Source of the DNA: Eledone cirrhosa | Taxonomy: Eukaryota | Direction of reading: 5' to 3' | Assembly: GCA_964016885.1 (NCBI GenBank) | Contig: OZ024744.1 | Span: forward strand, 92,318,001 to 92,382,000 | DNA: 64,000 nt | In this document: positions 53,295 through 64,000 of the stretch, in pieces | How positions within the stretch are numbered: the stretch's first letter is position 1 | Layout of the letters: every line of letters begins with the position of its first letter | Made by a program: the position numbers and the translations under genes | The notes under the pieces: model-generated | Told to the model about the DNA's origin: nothing | What the model saw: only the letters and a program-made list of their open reading frames with translations | Database searches by the model: none

Positions 53295-56200
53295 ATGACC
53301 TCACTCAGAATAGGCAGCATAAATGCGCGTGGCTTGGGGTCGTCATGGAAGCAGGGTCACCTGCTCAACGACCTCAGGTCACTAAACATAGATGTAGTGG
53401 CCATCAGCGAGACCAGAATCTCCGAAGCACGGGCCTTCGCACCGATCTTCGGCGGCTACGATGTGTACGCATCTCCCAGCCGTCCTGGATCGGGTGGAGG
53501 AGTTGCTGTGCTTTTTCGGAGAGGTTTGGATCTCGCCATACGGGCCATCTTCCTGGACCCAGAGGGTAAGCTGGTGGTGCTGGACGTGACCAGCGGAGAC
53601 GGGCAAGCTTTCAGGCTAGTGGCCGTCTATGCCCCGACAGGAGCAGGGCGGCCTGATTTCTTCCGGCGTCTGGAGACCTTTCTTGGAACGTCCCGCTCTT
53701 TAGTGTTAGTGGGCGACTGGAACGGGATCTTAGATGCACGCTGGGACTGTGTGGGATTAGCGGATAGGGGTGGAGGGTGCAAGAGCCTCACCAACCTGCT
53801 CAGGCGTTTTGAACTGTCTGACAGGTACCGATTGGATTTCCCGAATGTGCCAATGTGGACTTGGACAAACCGCATAGGGTCATCCAGATCATATCTAGAT
53901 AGAGTATTTTGTAGGGAAATAGATAGGTCTAGCATAGGCTGTCCACAATTCAAGATAGTCAGCTACACGGACCACAAATTCGTGACCTGTGTGCTTGACT
54001 TAGATAGGCTTCATAGACGAGGACCCGGCTACTGGAAGCTAAACGCGTCCTTACCAGCGCGCAAGGCCTACAGAGACCGGATTAGCGAACTAGTTAAGCG
54101 GGCGTTGACGGGGGCCATCGTCAACAACAAGTGGTGGTTTGCTCTGAAAAGAGCGATTAGAATAGAATCGATTAGGTTTAGTAAGGCTTTAGCAATAGAG
54201 AAAAATAGAGCAGAGGGAGAACTAGTTAGAAAATTAGACGAGGCGCTTAGCAAAGGCATTGCGACCGACGTGCTTGCGGCGAAATTGGCCCTTGACCAAT
54301 TCTTCAATGCAAAGCACGAAGGCTGCGTTGTCAGAGCTAGGGTGCGTGCTCTCAGACACGAGGGGACGAAAGCCGTTCAATGGGCCCGAGTGGCGGAGGC
54401 GCGTCGTGGCAACAAAGCCACGATCCGGTCTTTGGTGGACCACGACGGGCGCATGCTACTCGATCCCGGGCAAATGTGTGAAGCTTTTCAGCGACACTTC
54501 GCTCAGCTGTTCGGGGGCAGCGGGGGGCCGGGTAGAGGGATGGACTTTAGTGTCTACCTCGACGGACTGCCGCGGCTCTCGGCCACTGAGGCGAAGTGTT
54601 GCGAAAAGCCGATAACAGCCGCTGAAGTACGGGAGGCAATGACTGGCTGCACAAGGGGTAAATCGCCTGGTTTAGATGGTCTGCCCTATGAACTTTACGT
54701 ACAGATGCCAGACTTGTTCGGAGGCCTCTTGGCGGACGTCTACTGCAACTGGCAACAGAACGGGAGAATTCCCAGTTCTGTGAGCCGAGGAGCGGTGGCA
54801 CTGCTGAGAAAGGATCCGAACAAGGGGGATAACATAGACAATTTCCGGCCCATAACTCTGCTAAACACAGAGTTTAAGATTTTGGCCAAGGTGCTAGCAA
54901 AGAGGTTGGCGCTTGTCGTTGGTGGTCTGGTGGGAGAGGCGCAGACATGCGCCATTCCCGACAGATCCATCCACGACAACCTCCACCTCATGCGATACAT
55001 CGTAGAGAGGGTAGCTAGGGAACCTGGCACGGGTGGGTCCTTGATCAATTTAGATCAGTCGAAAGCTTTCGATAGGGTCGACCATCGTTACCTAGCGGCA
55101 GTCCTGAGGGCGGCTGGCTTTGGGCCCGTCTTCAGAGGCTGGATCGCTGCCATGCACAGCAACATCTGCTCTGTAGTGAGAGTGAACGGTCACCTGTCGG
55201 AACCGTTCAACATCATGCGCTCGGTCCGCCAAGGATGTCCCCTCTCGTCCCTCTTGTACGTATTGACTCTCGAGCCATTACTGCACAAACTGGAGACGTT
55301 GAGGGGAGTCCCGCGCGAACTAGGATGCGGAAGATCCGTGTCAGCATATGCGGACGATGTCACCGTAGTGGTGTCGAACGCCAAACACATCGAGGCGATC
55401 GGCACTACACTAAGAGAATACGAAGCGGTGACAGGAGCAATGATCAACCAGGAAAAGTCAGTGGGCCTGCAGCTCGGCACCTGGAGAGGCAGGTCCATGC
55501 CGTCCAACAGCGTCGTCGGGCGCTGGACGGACGGACCGGTTAAATTGCTAGGGGTCTGGTTCGGTCCGGACCTCCAGACGGACAAAAACTGGGACGAGGT
55601 GACGAGCAGGGTGGCTTCTCTCACCCAGAAATGGGCGGAGAGGAAGCTATCCCTGAAAGGTCGAGCGGAGGTGGCTAACGCGTACATCGCGTCTGTCATC
55701 TGCTACCGCCTAACCGTCGTACCTTGTCCTAAGCCTCGCCTGACTGCGCTGGAGCGTTTGCTCTTTCGCTTTTTGTGGAAGGGACGCGCTCCGATGGTCA
55801 GGCGGTCCATCTGTTGTCAACACCCGCTACGTGGAGGGCTGGGCATGCCGTGGCTGATGATGCGAAGGCACGCGCTCAGGCTACGACATCTCCACCTCTT
55901 CCTCGACGGTGATCAGGTGTGGTCGCCGTTTGCTAGACGCGTTTTTCCCCAGCTCGTTTCCTTGACGGAGCTGCAGTCCTGGGTCAAGCGAAGACCGAGA
56001 GGGAGCGCCTGGAGACTGGAATGTCTTCAGGCGCTCACAGCCCTCGACCAATCGGGCAATGTGATCGGTGGAAACTCCACCTCGGCGTTCTATAGAGGAT
56101 TAGTGGAGGGGAAGAGCGACGACGTACTTGGGGAAACTCTAGGCGTCGACGAAAATCAACTAGCCAATCTCTTCGGAAGAACTTTCGGGCCAGGGCCTAT

Positions 56201-56714
56201 GGACAACTTCCAGAAATCTCTGGCCTGGCAGTGCTACCGAGGAGCCTTGCCAGTTCGGGATAAACTCTACAGGCATGGAGGTGCCGTCAGCCGGGCATGT
56301 CCGAGATGCGCGCAGGGCGACGAAACCGTCCTGCACGCACTCGTCCAGTGTCCGAAAATTGCTGACTTGTGGGTTTATGTCGAACACCTGCTGTCGCGTT
56401 TAGGACGGATCCAGCTATCATCTGAGTCTATCGTGAGGATTGCCCCGCCCTCCTCCTTTAGCCGGGAAGGGCAGGCAGTTTTTATCTGTCTGGTGGCCAT
56501 GGCGAAAGAGATAGTATGGTGGACACGTTTGAAAGGGCTGAAGACGAGCACTTACCTCTTCGGTGATGCTCTGATTGACTTTTTCAAATTTCATTTGAAA
56601 AGGAAAATCAGAGTAGAGAAGGAAGTGCTCTCTTCCCAGCATTTTGTTGAAAGATGGGTGAGAGAAGCAAGAATGGCCCGAGTGAATGGGCCGACTCTGA
56701 GTATATATCTGTAA
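53295..56714 (+). CDS. LINE ORF2: APE endonuclease, reverse transcriptase, C-terminal zinc finger (1139 aa)
   Basis: SINARGL, ISET, VYAP, GDWN, YLDRV, TDHK, GPGYWKLN, KSPGLDG, FRPITLLN, LDQSKAFDRV, VRQGCPLS, YADD, CPRC..ETVLHALVQC; all intact. Confidence 0.97.
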   Translation: MTSLRIGSINARGLGSSWKQGHLLNDLRSLNIDVVAISETRISEARAFAPIFGGYDVYASPSRPGSGGGVAVLFRRGLDLAIRAIFLDPEGKLVVLDVTSGDGQAFRLVAVYAPTGAGRPDFFRRLETFLGTSRSLVLVGDWNGILDARWDCVGLADRGGGCKSLTNLLRRFELSDRYRLDFPNVPMWTWTNRIGSSRSYLDRVFCREIDRSSIGCPQFKIVSYTDHKFVTCVLDLDRLHRRGPGYWKLNASLPARKAYRDRISELVKRALTGAIVNNKWWFALKRAIRIESIRFSKALAIEKNRAEGELVRKLDEALSKGIATDVLAAKLALDQFFNAKHEGCVVRARVRALRHEGTKAVQWARVAEARRGNKATIRSLVDHDGRMLLDPGQMCEAFQRHFAQLFGGSGGPGRGMDFSVYLDGLPRLSATEAKCCEKPITAAEVREAMTGCTRGKSPGLDGLPYELYVQMPDLFGGLLADVYCNWQQNGRIPSSVSRGAVALLRKDPNKGDNIDNFRPITLLNTEFKILAKVLAKRLALVVGGLVGEAQTCAIPDRSIHDNLHLMRYIVERVAREPGTGGSLINLDQSKAFDRVDHRYLAAVLRAAGFGPVFRGWIAAMHSNICSVVRVNGHLSEPFNIMRSVRQGCPLSSLLYVLTLEPLLHKLETLRGVPRELGCGRSVSAYADDVTVVVSNAKHIEAIGTTLREYEAVTGAMINQEKSVGLQLGTWRGRSMPSNSVVGRWTDGPVKLLGVWFGPDLQTDKNWDEVTSRVASLTQKWAERKLSLKGRAEVANAYIASVICYRLTVVPCPKPRLTALERLLFRFLWKGRAPMVRRSICCQHPLRGGLGMPWLMMRRHALRLRHLHLFLDGDQVWSPFARRVFPQLVSLTELQSWVKRRPRGSAWRLECLQALTALDQSGNVIGGNSTSAFYRGLVEGKSDDVLGETLGVDENQLANLFGRTFGPGPMDNFQKSLAWQCYRGALPVRDKLYRHGGAVSRACPRCAQGDETVLHALVQCPKIADLWVYVEHLLSRLGRIQLSSESIVRIAPPSSFSREGQAVFICLVAMAKEIVWWTRLKGLKTSTYLFGDALIDFFKFHLKRKIRVEKEVLSSQHFVERWVREARMARVNGPTLSIYL

Positions 56715-56975
56715 ACTAAAGGTGGAAAACTGGGAGAGGGCACTTGCCTTGGTGGTCAGGGTCATTGTGGCTTTTTACTGGGCTTTCTCCACAAATGTCC
56801 CTCCGAAGTCTCCCCCCTATTGGGGAATTTTTCATTGTTATTTTCATTGTTATTTTTGTTACATCCTCTGTTTTTTGTTTTTTTACACGCAGAAATGCCC
56901 ATTTGTACCGTCCTGCATTGTCCTGCACTGTCCTTAATGTCTACTTTATGTAAACCCTTGTGGTTAATAAAGAAA

Positions 56976-57031
<56 letters not shown>

Positions 57032-57035
<4 letters not shown>

Positions 57036-57165
57036 TGAGTTCAAATCATTCTGAGTTCAAATCCCGCCGAGGTTAACTTTGCCTTTCATCCTTACGGCGT
57101 CGATAAAATAAAGTACCAGTAATGTACTGGTTAATTGCTGGCCTTGTGCTAATAGTAGAAACAAT
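57032..57165 (+). mobile_element. tRNA-derived SINE, 5'-truncated, in (TTA)n
   Basis: B box region duplicated (ATTCTGAGTTCAAATC x2), central domain and tail present. Confidence 0.88.
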
Positions 57166-57189
57166 TATTATTATTATTATTATTATTAT

Positions 57190-60100
57190 TTTTATTTTCT
57201 TTCATTATTGTTTCTGAGATATATGCCGAGTGTCTTCCTGACACCTAGGACAAATAAATTCACAGTGTGCATTGGTAAGCCAGTTAATACAGCACATTGA
57301 TTATAATTAAAATAAAACACTATACATATATACACATGTGCTTGTAAATACAAGGAGGGATATCAATCTTACAGAGATAGAGCTCTTCTCAATACGTGTG
57401 CAGTACCAGTCAAAACAATCTTTTGCACCTCGTGCAAAGAGGGCAAACCAGGAATCATTCGTAAATATTGTTCTGTTCCTTTCTTGATCATTCCCAGTCC
57501 TCCCACAATCACTGGTATTGAAACGGCCTTGAGGTGCCACATTTTCTCAATTTCAATAAGCAGATCTTTATATTTTCGTAGCTTGTCAAATTCTTTTGCC
57601 ACGATATTGTGATCACATGGGATGCTCATATCTATCAATAAACAGACCTTATTATGTTGATGGGCGGTGAATTGGCAGTATCAGTAGAGGGTTGGACGCC
57701 ATGCTTTCTAGCATAGTTACGTCCCTTTACGGTTTGAGTTCAAATCCCGTCGAGGTTAACTTTGCCTTTCATCCTTACGGGGTCGATAAAATAAAGTACC
57801 AGTAGTGTACTGGGTAATTGCTGGCCTTGTGCCAAAAGTAGAAACAATTATGCTGATCTTTTACAATGATGTCAGGTCTATTTGATTTTATGGTCCTGTC
57901 AGTATGTACAGGAAAGTCCCAGCGAATTGTTACTTTTTCTCCTTCAGTTACAGCCTCAGGGTGATGATTGTACCACTTGTCTCCAGCTTTGATTTTGTAA
58001 TGCTGACATATTACCCAGTGTAGATATTGGCCAACTCTGTCATGTCTATATTTGTATTCTACTGGTGCTAAAACTTTACATCCAGAGACTAAGTGATCCA
58101 CTGTTTCAACCCCAGCATTGCAGAATCGGCACTTTGAGTTTATTCCGTTTCTCATCACATTGGCCTGGTAATTATGAGTCAATAAGCTTTGATCTTGGGC
58201 AGCTAAGATGAAGCCTTCACTCTCCGCCTTTAGCCCTGAACTATGTAGCCACTGATGGGTGTGCTTTTGGTCAACATCAGCTTGTTTGCCACATATTTGC
58301 CATGCAGAGGTTTCTGCTCCCAATTTGATGCTAATTGTCCTTGCCCTTTTGCTTTTGCCAGTGATTTTATGTGCCTAGCAGCATCAGTTGCAACAGTTTC
58401 TTTAGTCTGTCCAGCCTGGGTATCAAGCAGGAGGTCAGTAGCATATTGTTTGCTCTCCTTCAAGATACAATGAAGCTTCTTAATTCCCTCATGCTTTTCA
58501 ACAAGTTTCAGCATACAGTCATTAGTTGTTTCAAGGTATTTTGCCAGTCCAATGATGGTGGTCTTGTAAGCAAGTTCAAATTGGATCAGGCCACAGCCTC
58601 CTTGAGTTCTAGGAAGGTAAAGACGATCCACATCTGTTTTTGTGTGGTGCATCCTATTACAGGTCAGTAGCTTACGGACTTTGGTGTCGATTCTTTTGGT
58701 TTCACTCATATTCCAGTTCAACACACCGAAGCTATAAGTGACAACTGGGACTGCCAAGGAATTTATGACTAGCACCTTGTTACGAGCGTTTAGTTCTGAT
58801 CTCAGAACTGCACGTACTCTCCTGTAACATTCTTTCCTTATCATCTCTTTCATACTTGCATGCTGTATGCCAGAGCCCTCATTAATCCCTAAGTATTTAT
58901 AGGTTTGTTCCTGCTCAAGTTCCTTTATGATTGTTTCAGCATCCAATTCAACTGAGTCTGAGTTGACAAGCTTCCCCTTCTTGAATGTGGCTTTTGCACA
59001 CTTGTCAAGTCCAAACTCCATCCTGATGTCATCGCTAAACGTTTTTACTGTCCGCAAAAGGCCTTCCATTTCGTCATTATCTTTGCAATATAGCTTCAAA
59101 TCATCCATATAAAATAGGTGGCTTATTTTTTTGTAGTCAATTATATAACCGTACCCTGTTCTATTAAGCTCAGATGTAAGTTGTATTAAAGATATGCAGA
59201 AAAGCAAGGGTGAAAGTGAGACACCCTGGAATATACCACAGTTGATGTTTATATTCCCTAGCACAGTACCCCAGTGAAATGAGACAATTGGAGATTTGTG
59301 TTCCATAATGACATATTGTGTTTCAGGAAGTTTGAGATCACAGGTGAGAATTTGAAGATGTCCACTGGTTTCAGAATCCATGAGTGTGGTATGCTGTCAA
59401 AGGCTTTTTTATAATTGATCCATGCAGAACTGAGATTTCTGTGTTTATTTTGACAGTTCTCAAGGGTCATACGATTAATCAAAATTTGACCTTTGCAACC
59501 ATATGAACCTCGTCGGCACCCTTTTTGTTCAATGGGGAAAAGATTGTTCTCCTCCAAAAACACGTATGCTTTTTCCATGAAAATAGAGGTTAATAGTTTA
59601 TAAGTGGTGGACAAGCAGGTTATGGGCCGATCGTTTTTTTTATCTTTGGTTTCGTTGTTCTTTGGTAGAAGGTAGGTAATGCCACTTGCTATCCAATCAG
59701 GTGTATTTTTGGGATCTTTCATAATTCCATTAAACAGCTTGACCAATATATTGTGAGTGCACGGGAGTGAGGAAAGCCAGAAATTTGGCACCCTGTCTCT
59801 ACCAGATTTCCATTTATGAGATTTATTGAGTGCTGTCCTTAAGTCCGCTATAGAGATGTCTTCCCACGCCTGTTCTTCTAAATTTGTGTAGGATTTTTCC
59901 AGGCGACTAATTCAATCTACATTAGCATTATATGTCTTCTCATCACTCCAAATCTTACTCCAGAAGTTTTCAACTTCTTCTATGGGGGGGGGGGGGGGGG
60001 GGGGTCTTCAATAATTATTTTTTTCTTCCATACTTCTCTATAAAATGACTTGGCATTGGATGAGAACAACTTATTTTGCCTGTAGAAGTTGTTTCGCTTC

Positions 60101-61335
60101 TCGAATCTACGAATTCGTTGGGCTTTTACTTGGACTTTTTGTTTCAGAGATTCTTTTGTTGAAACTATTGCTTCTCTAGAAGACAGTCCATATTTTCTCT
60201 TTAGCTTTCTTACCTTCTTGGATCTTATATCATTTCCAGCGGTTAACTCACTCAATAAAGATATTTCTCCTCTCATTACGTCGATCTCCTTTTCGATTCT
60301 ACTCCTCCAAAATGGTTTACCTCGAAGGTTCGACTTTTTTGTTTTTTTGGTGGTAAACAACTTGTTTCAATTACTCTAGCAGATGCATAAATGATTTTAT
60401 TTAACTCAGTAAGATCAGGTTCTAGTTCTTCTATGATTTCTTTTGTCACAGATTTACCAATCATTATTTATTTTCTATTTTGGATTGTATTTGGGAGTTT
60501 TTGAAGTGGTTCTCTATCATTTATACTAGAATGTCTTACTACTGCAAGCTCATTCAGTATTTTTTGCTTTAATTCCTTCATAGTCTCCCTGTGTTTTTCA
60601 GCAGATGTTTGGTTTTCAATTAGTTTCTAAGTCCCTCTCCTGGCTATTTTCAGCGGGTTCAATAGGGCTTCTCATTTCTACAAACCTATTTGTGATTTGG
60701 TCAGATGGAGATCTTTCAGTAAAGAGTTGTGACTGGTTACTATCTCCAGGAGATTCTACAGTTCTTTCATCATTTATATTTATGTCATTCTCCACAGCCT
60801 GCTTGATCGCAGTTAGTTCAGTGTCTGTGAATCTATTATTTCTGAAGATATACCTCCTTACATTTGCCAACTTATTTCCATCCATATCATGTCTTCTAGC
60901 TTGATTCCGAGTTTTCCAGATTTTGTAGGAGTTTAAAGTGTGTCTGTCTTGTGATGGCTTACCTAATGCATAGTAATATGCATATATTACTTCTTTATAC
61001 TCTTCTCGGGTCCATTTCATCCTTTTAGGTTTTTCTTTTTGAAGTGGTTTGGGTGGTGGATCTGGAGGGCTCGAGTTGGGGCAATCCCTGATCAAGTGAC
61101 CATCCAGGTCCATAATTGGAGAAGAGTTTGTGCCAGAGGAGGACTTTTCGATCTCAGGTTGGCACCTTTCTGAGGGACGCGCTTCCAGATTAACCATAGG
61201 AAAAGCGATTTGGAATTGTGTATTAATTTTTATTTGTTCATCTCGCAGTACATGCTTGCGTTACGCATGGTATGGGATGTACATGGAAAGTTGCCCGGCT
61301 CTTTGGGTAGTGCATTTGCTGGCTGGCACTGAGAT
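57190..61335 (-). mobile_element. Near-full-length decayed R4/Dong-clade (RLE) LINE
   Basis: N-terminal KWTREE..LANVRRYI, RT motifs RPITCL, EQKGC, GIFQG.SLSPLLF, HLFYMDDLKLY, then CRFC..ETVDHLVSGC, RHD, NRPDII, IDMSIP. Many frameshifts; TAA repeats on both flanks. Confidence 0.94.
57662..57846 (+). mobile_element. Full-length tRNA-derived SINE nested in the Dong endonuclease region
   Basis: A and B boxes present; 11-bp target-site duplication ATTATG(T/C)TGAT at 57651-57661 and 57847-57857. Confidence 0.92.
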
Positions 61336-61965
61336 ATTATTACTATTATAACAATATAATTATGGTCATTGTTGTTGTTAATTGAGGTAATATTGTTATG
61401 GTTGCAGCTGTAAAAGGTGTACGAGAATTTTCTCAACTGTTCTTGTGGTATGAGTGATGTTGGTGGGGGTGGAAGGGAGATTAATGCTGGGGGTGGGGTG
61501 CTGGTAGTGGTAGTGGTTAGGGTGATATTGTAGCTTATAGGAGTTGCTTCTCTGATGTTATTTTCTGTTGAGGTGTAAATGGGATGCTAGTATTCTTTTT
61601 TTCTTCCCCTTTGTTTTGTCCTTTATGTGGGCTCCATACACATACATAAATATACATTCACACGTGCATACTTATACACACGTATGTATATACACACATA
61701 TATATATACCCACACATTAGACACTGAGAAGGGAGGTAGGTAGCAGTCAGTGACAGTAGTCTAAAAATAGATTGGGGATTTACTGGTGTGAATGTGTGAG
61801 GAAGTGGTTGTGAATGTGGTGGTGGGAGAGAGAATTGATCTTTCAACTGTCCATTTTCCTTTCAAAATCTGAAATTTAGTCACAATCGACCAAAATGCAA
61901 AAAAAGAAAATTGTATTGGGGAAATATTTTAAAATATTTAAAAATATAATATTATTATTATTACT

Positions 61966-62137
61966 AGTATCGGTAGAGGGTCAGACGCCATGCTTTGACG
62001 CATAGAGTTACGGCCCTTGCCATTCTGAGTTCAAATCCCGCCGAGGTTAACTTTGCCTTTCATCCTTACGGGGTCGATAAAATAAAGTACCAGTAATGCA
62101 CTGGGTATTTGCTGGCCTTGTGCCAAAAGTAGAAAAA
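61966..62137 (+). mobile_element. tRNA-derived SINE
   Basis: Same family as above; flanked by the direct repeat ATTATTATTATTACTAGTA. Confidence 0.88.
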
Positions 62138-62150
62138 ATTATTATTATTA

Positions 62151-62938
62151 CTAGTAGCAGTACCCAGCGTTGCCTGGGTAGGTAAAATAATATCTGCTTT
62201 GATGAAAAGGTGTTGATCTTAGCGACTGCTTCTCGAAGACTCATCTATGGCCACACACAGGCCATGCGGGGGAGGGTGGTGATGACCTCTATCACTGAGA
62301 AACGCGGGTGACTGACGAAGGGGCATGCTGAGGGAGGGAGTTTCGAATTTGAATGAAATCGGTTGAAAAATGTGGGAGCTAGAGCCGAAAAGGCGGAAAT
62401 TTGAGCGAAAAGGTGGTATTTTCGAATATTTAAGCAGCTGTCACGCCGTTCCTGAACAAAAAATCCAAAATATAGAGCCATTTTAAGACGCGAAATAATC
62501 AGATCTAGCGTAGTGTAAAATTTGAACAAAGTAGGTTGATTAATGTGGGAGCTCGAGCCGAAAAGGTGAAAAATTGAGTCTAAAAGTGGTACTTTTGAAT
62601 ATTTAAGCGGCTGCCACGCCGTCCCTGAACAACAAATGCAAAATATAAAGCCATTACAGGAAGTGCAATGATGAATTCTATTTTGCTTTAAAATTTGAAC
62701 GAAATCGGTGGCAAAATATTTTTCGATACCTAAAAAAAGGCCCCCCCCCCCCCTTATCGATTTTTATCTGCAGAATGACCCCGGAATAAAAAAAACGATA
62801 CGCTGATATATAGCAAACACTCCCCGATGACTAATCTATGAGCCTGTAAAGTTTCATGAAAATCGGTCGTAAGATGTAGGCCCCTAGAGGTAATACACAC
62901 ACCACACACACACATACTTAATTTTATATATATACAGA
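62151..62938 (-). mobile_element. Non-autonomous Helitron-like element
   Basis: Minus strand reads A|TC...CTAG|T. Subterminal hairpin TACCCAG-N6-CTGGGTA at 62161-62180, internal ~173-bp tandem duplication (62369/62542), (CA)n near the 5' end. Confidence 0.75.
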
Positions 62939-62942
62939 TTAT

Positions 62943-64000
62943 TCGGTAGCACTGCCAGGCCAGGGATTTCTGGAAATTGTCCATAGCCCCCGCCCGAAAG
63001 TTTTTCCGAAGAGATTGGCTAGTTGATTTTCGTCGACGCTTAGAGTTTCCCCAAGTACGTCGTCGCTCTTCCCCTCCACTAATCCTCTATAGAACGCCAA
63101 GGTGGAGTTTCCACCGATTACATTACCCGACTGGTCGAGGGTCGTGAGCGCCTGAAGACATTCCCGCTTGGAGACTGGATGTCTTTAGGCGCTCACGGTC
63201 CTCGACCAGTCGGGTAATGTGATCGGTGGAAACTCCCCCTTGGCGTTCTATAGAGGATTAGTGGAGGGGAAGAGCGACGACGTACTTGGGGAAACGCAAA
63301 ACACGAAGGCTGCGTTGTCAGAGCTAGAGCGCGTGCTCTGGAACACGAGGGGACAAAAGCCGTCCAATGGGCCCGGGTGGCAGAGGCGCGACGTGGGAAC
63401 AAAGCCACATTTCGGTCTTTATCTCACCAAAGCGGGCGCGTGCTGCTCGAACCCGAGCAGATGTCTGAAGCTTTGCAGCAGCATTTTGCTGAACTGTTCT
63501 GGAGAAGCGGCGGGCCGGATCGGGGTATGGACTTCAGTGCATATCTCGACGGACTGCCTCGGCTCTCGACGACCGCAGCACAGTGTTGCGAAAAGCCAAT
63601 AACAGCCCGTGAAATACGGCTAACTGCATGAGGGGTAAATTGCCAGGTGTGGATAGTCTGCCCTACGAGCTTCATGCATTTATGCCAGACTTGTTCGGTG
63701 ACCTCTTGGCAGACATCTACTGCAACTGGAAGCAGAACGGGAGCATTCCCAGTTTTGTGAGCCGGGGAGCGGTGGCGCTGCTGAGAAAAGACCCGAACAA
63801 GGGGGATGTTTTCGATAACTTCATGCCCATAACCCTGCTAAACGCAGAGTTCAAGATTTTGGCCAAGGTGTTAGCAACGAGATTGGCACTTGTCGTCAAG
63901 GGTCTAGTGGGAGAGGCGCAGACATGCGCCATTGCGGACAGATCCATACACGACAACCTCCACCTCATGCGATACATCATAGAGAGGGTGGTTAAGGAAC
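62943..64000 (+). mobile_element. Rearranged Tx1 ORF2 fragments: inverted piece, fold-back at 63045-63295, then decayed RT region running off the window
   Basis: Direct similarity to ~56005-56240 in both orientations and to ~54309-55020. Confidence 0.9.

Larger units (their letters stand above)
50950..56977 (+). mobile_element. Full-length intact Tx1/L1-clade LINE inserted in (TTA)n
   Basis: 5' UTR, two uninterrupted ORFs, 3' UTR with AATAAA at 56966-56971, (TTA)n at both ends. Confidence 0.96.

Noticed and set aside
46317-57038. Many short antisense or alternate-frame ORFs over the Tx1 copies
   Set aside because: Shadows of the LINE ORFs, duplicated between copies simply because the DNA is duplicated.
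57662-57750. tRNA gene
   Set aside because: A and B boxes belong to a SINE head; no cloverleaf, and the copy has a TSD.

Overview
Eukaryotic, repeat-saturated window; the repeat families suggest an octopod cephalopod (inference from recalled SINE/RTE/Dong/Penelope families, not verified). Bases 1-26.1 kb are one 50-bp tandem satellite (~520 monomers, irregular higher-order duplications). Its monomer resembles the 3' tail of an octopus SINE/LINE, and the array ends in a short snap-back inversion. The remaining 38 kb is a retroelement cluster in (TA)n/(TTA)n microsatellites. It holds Penelope-like elements (PLEs: one near-complete RT + GIY-YIG pseudogene, several 3' remnants, one forming a 1.86-kb palindrome) and an intact two-ORF Tx1/L1-clade LINE with decayed relatives. 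It also holds R4/Dong (RLE) LINE copies, RTE remnants, tRNA-derived SINEs and a non-autonomous Helitron. The main hidden signal is RNA structure: three canonical type I hammerhead ribozyme motifs in PLE 3' regions, a U3-A8 variant hammerhead, and a non-coding fold-back element with a hammerhead-like motif on both arms. Snap-back palindromes recur throughout. No host gene is confidently identified; one possible terminal exon is noted. Almost all short ORFs in the track are repeat artefacts.
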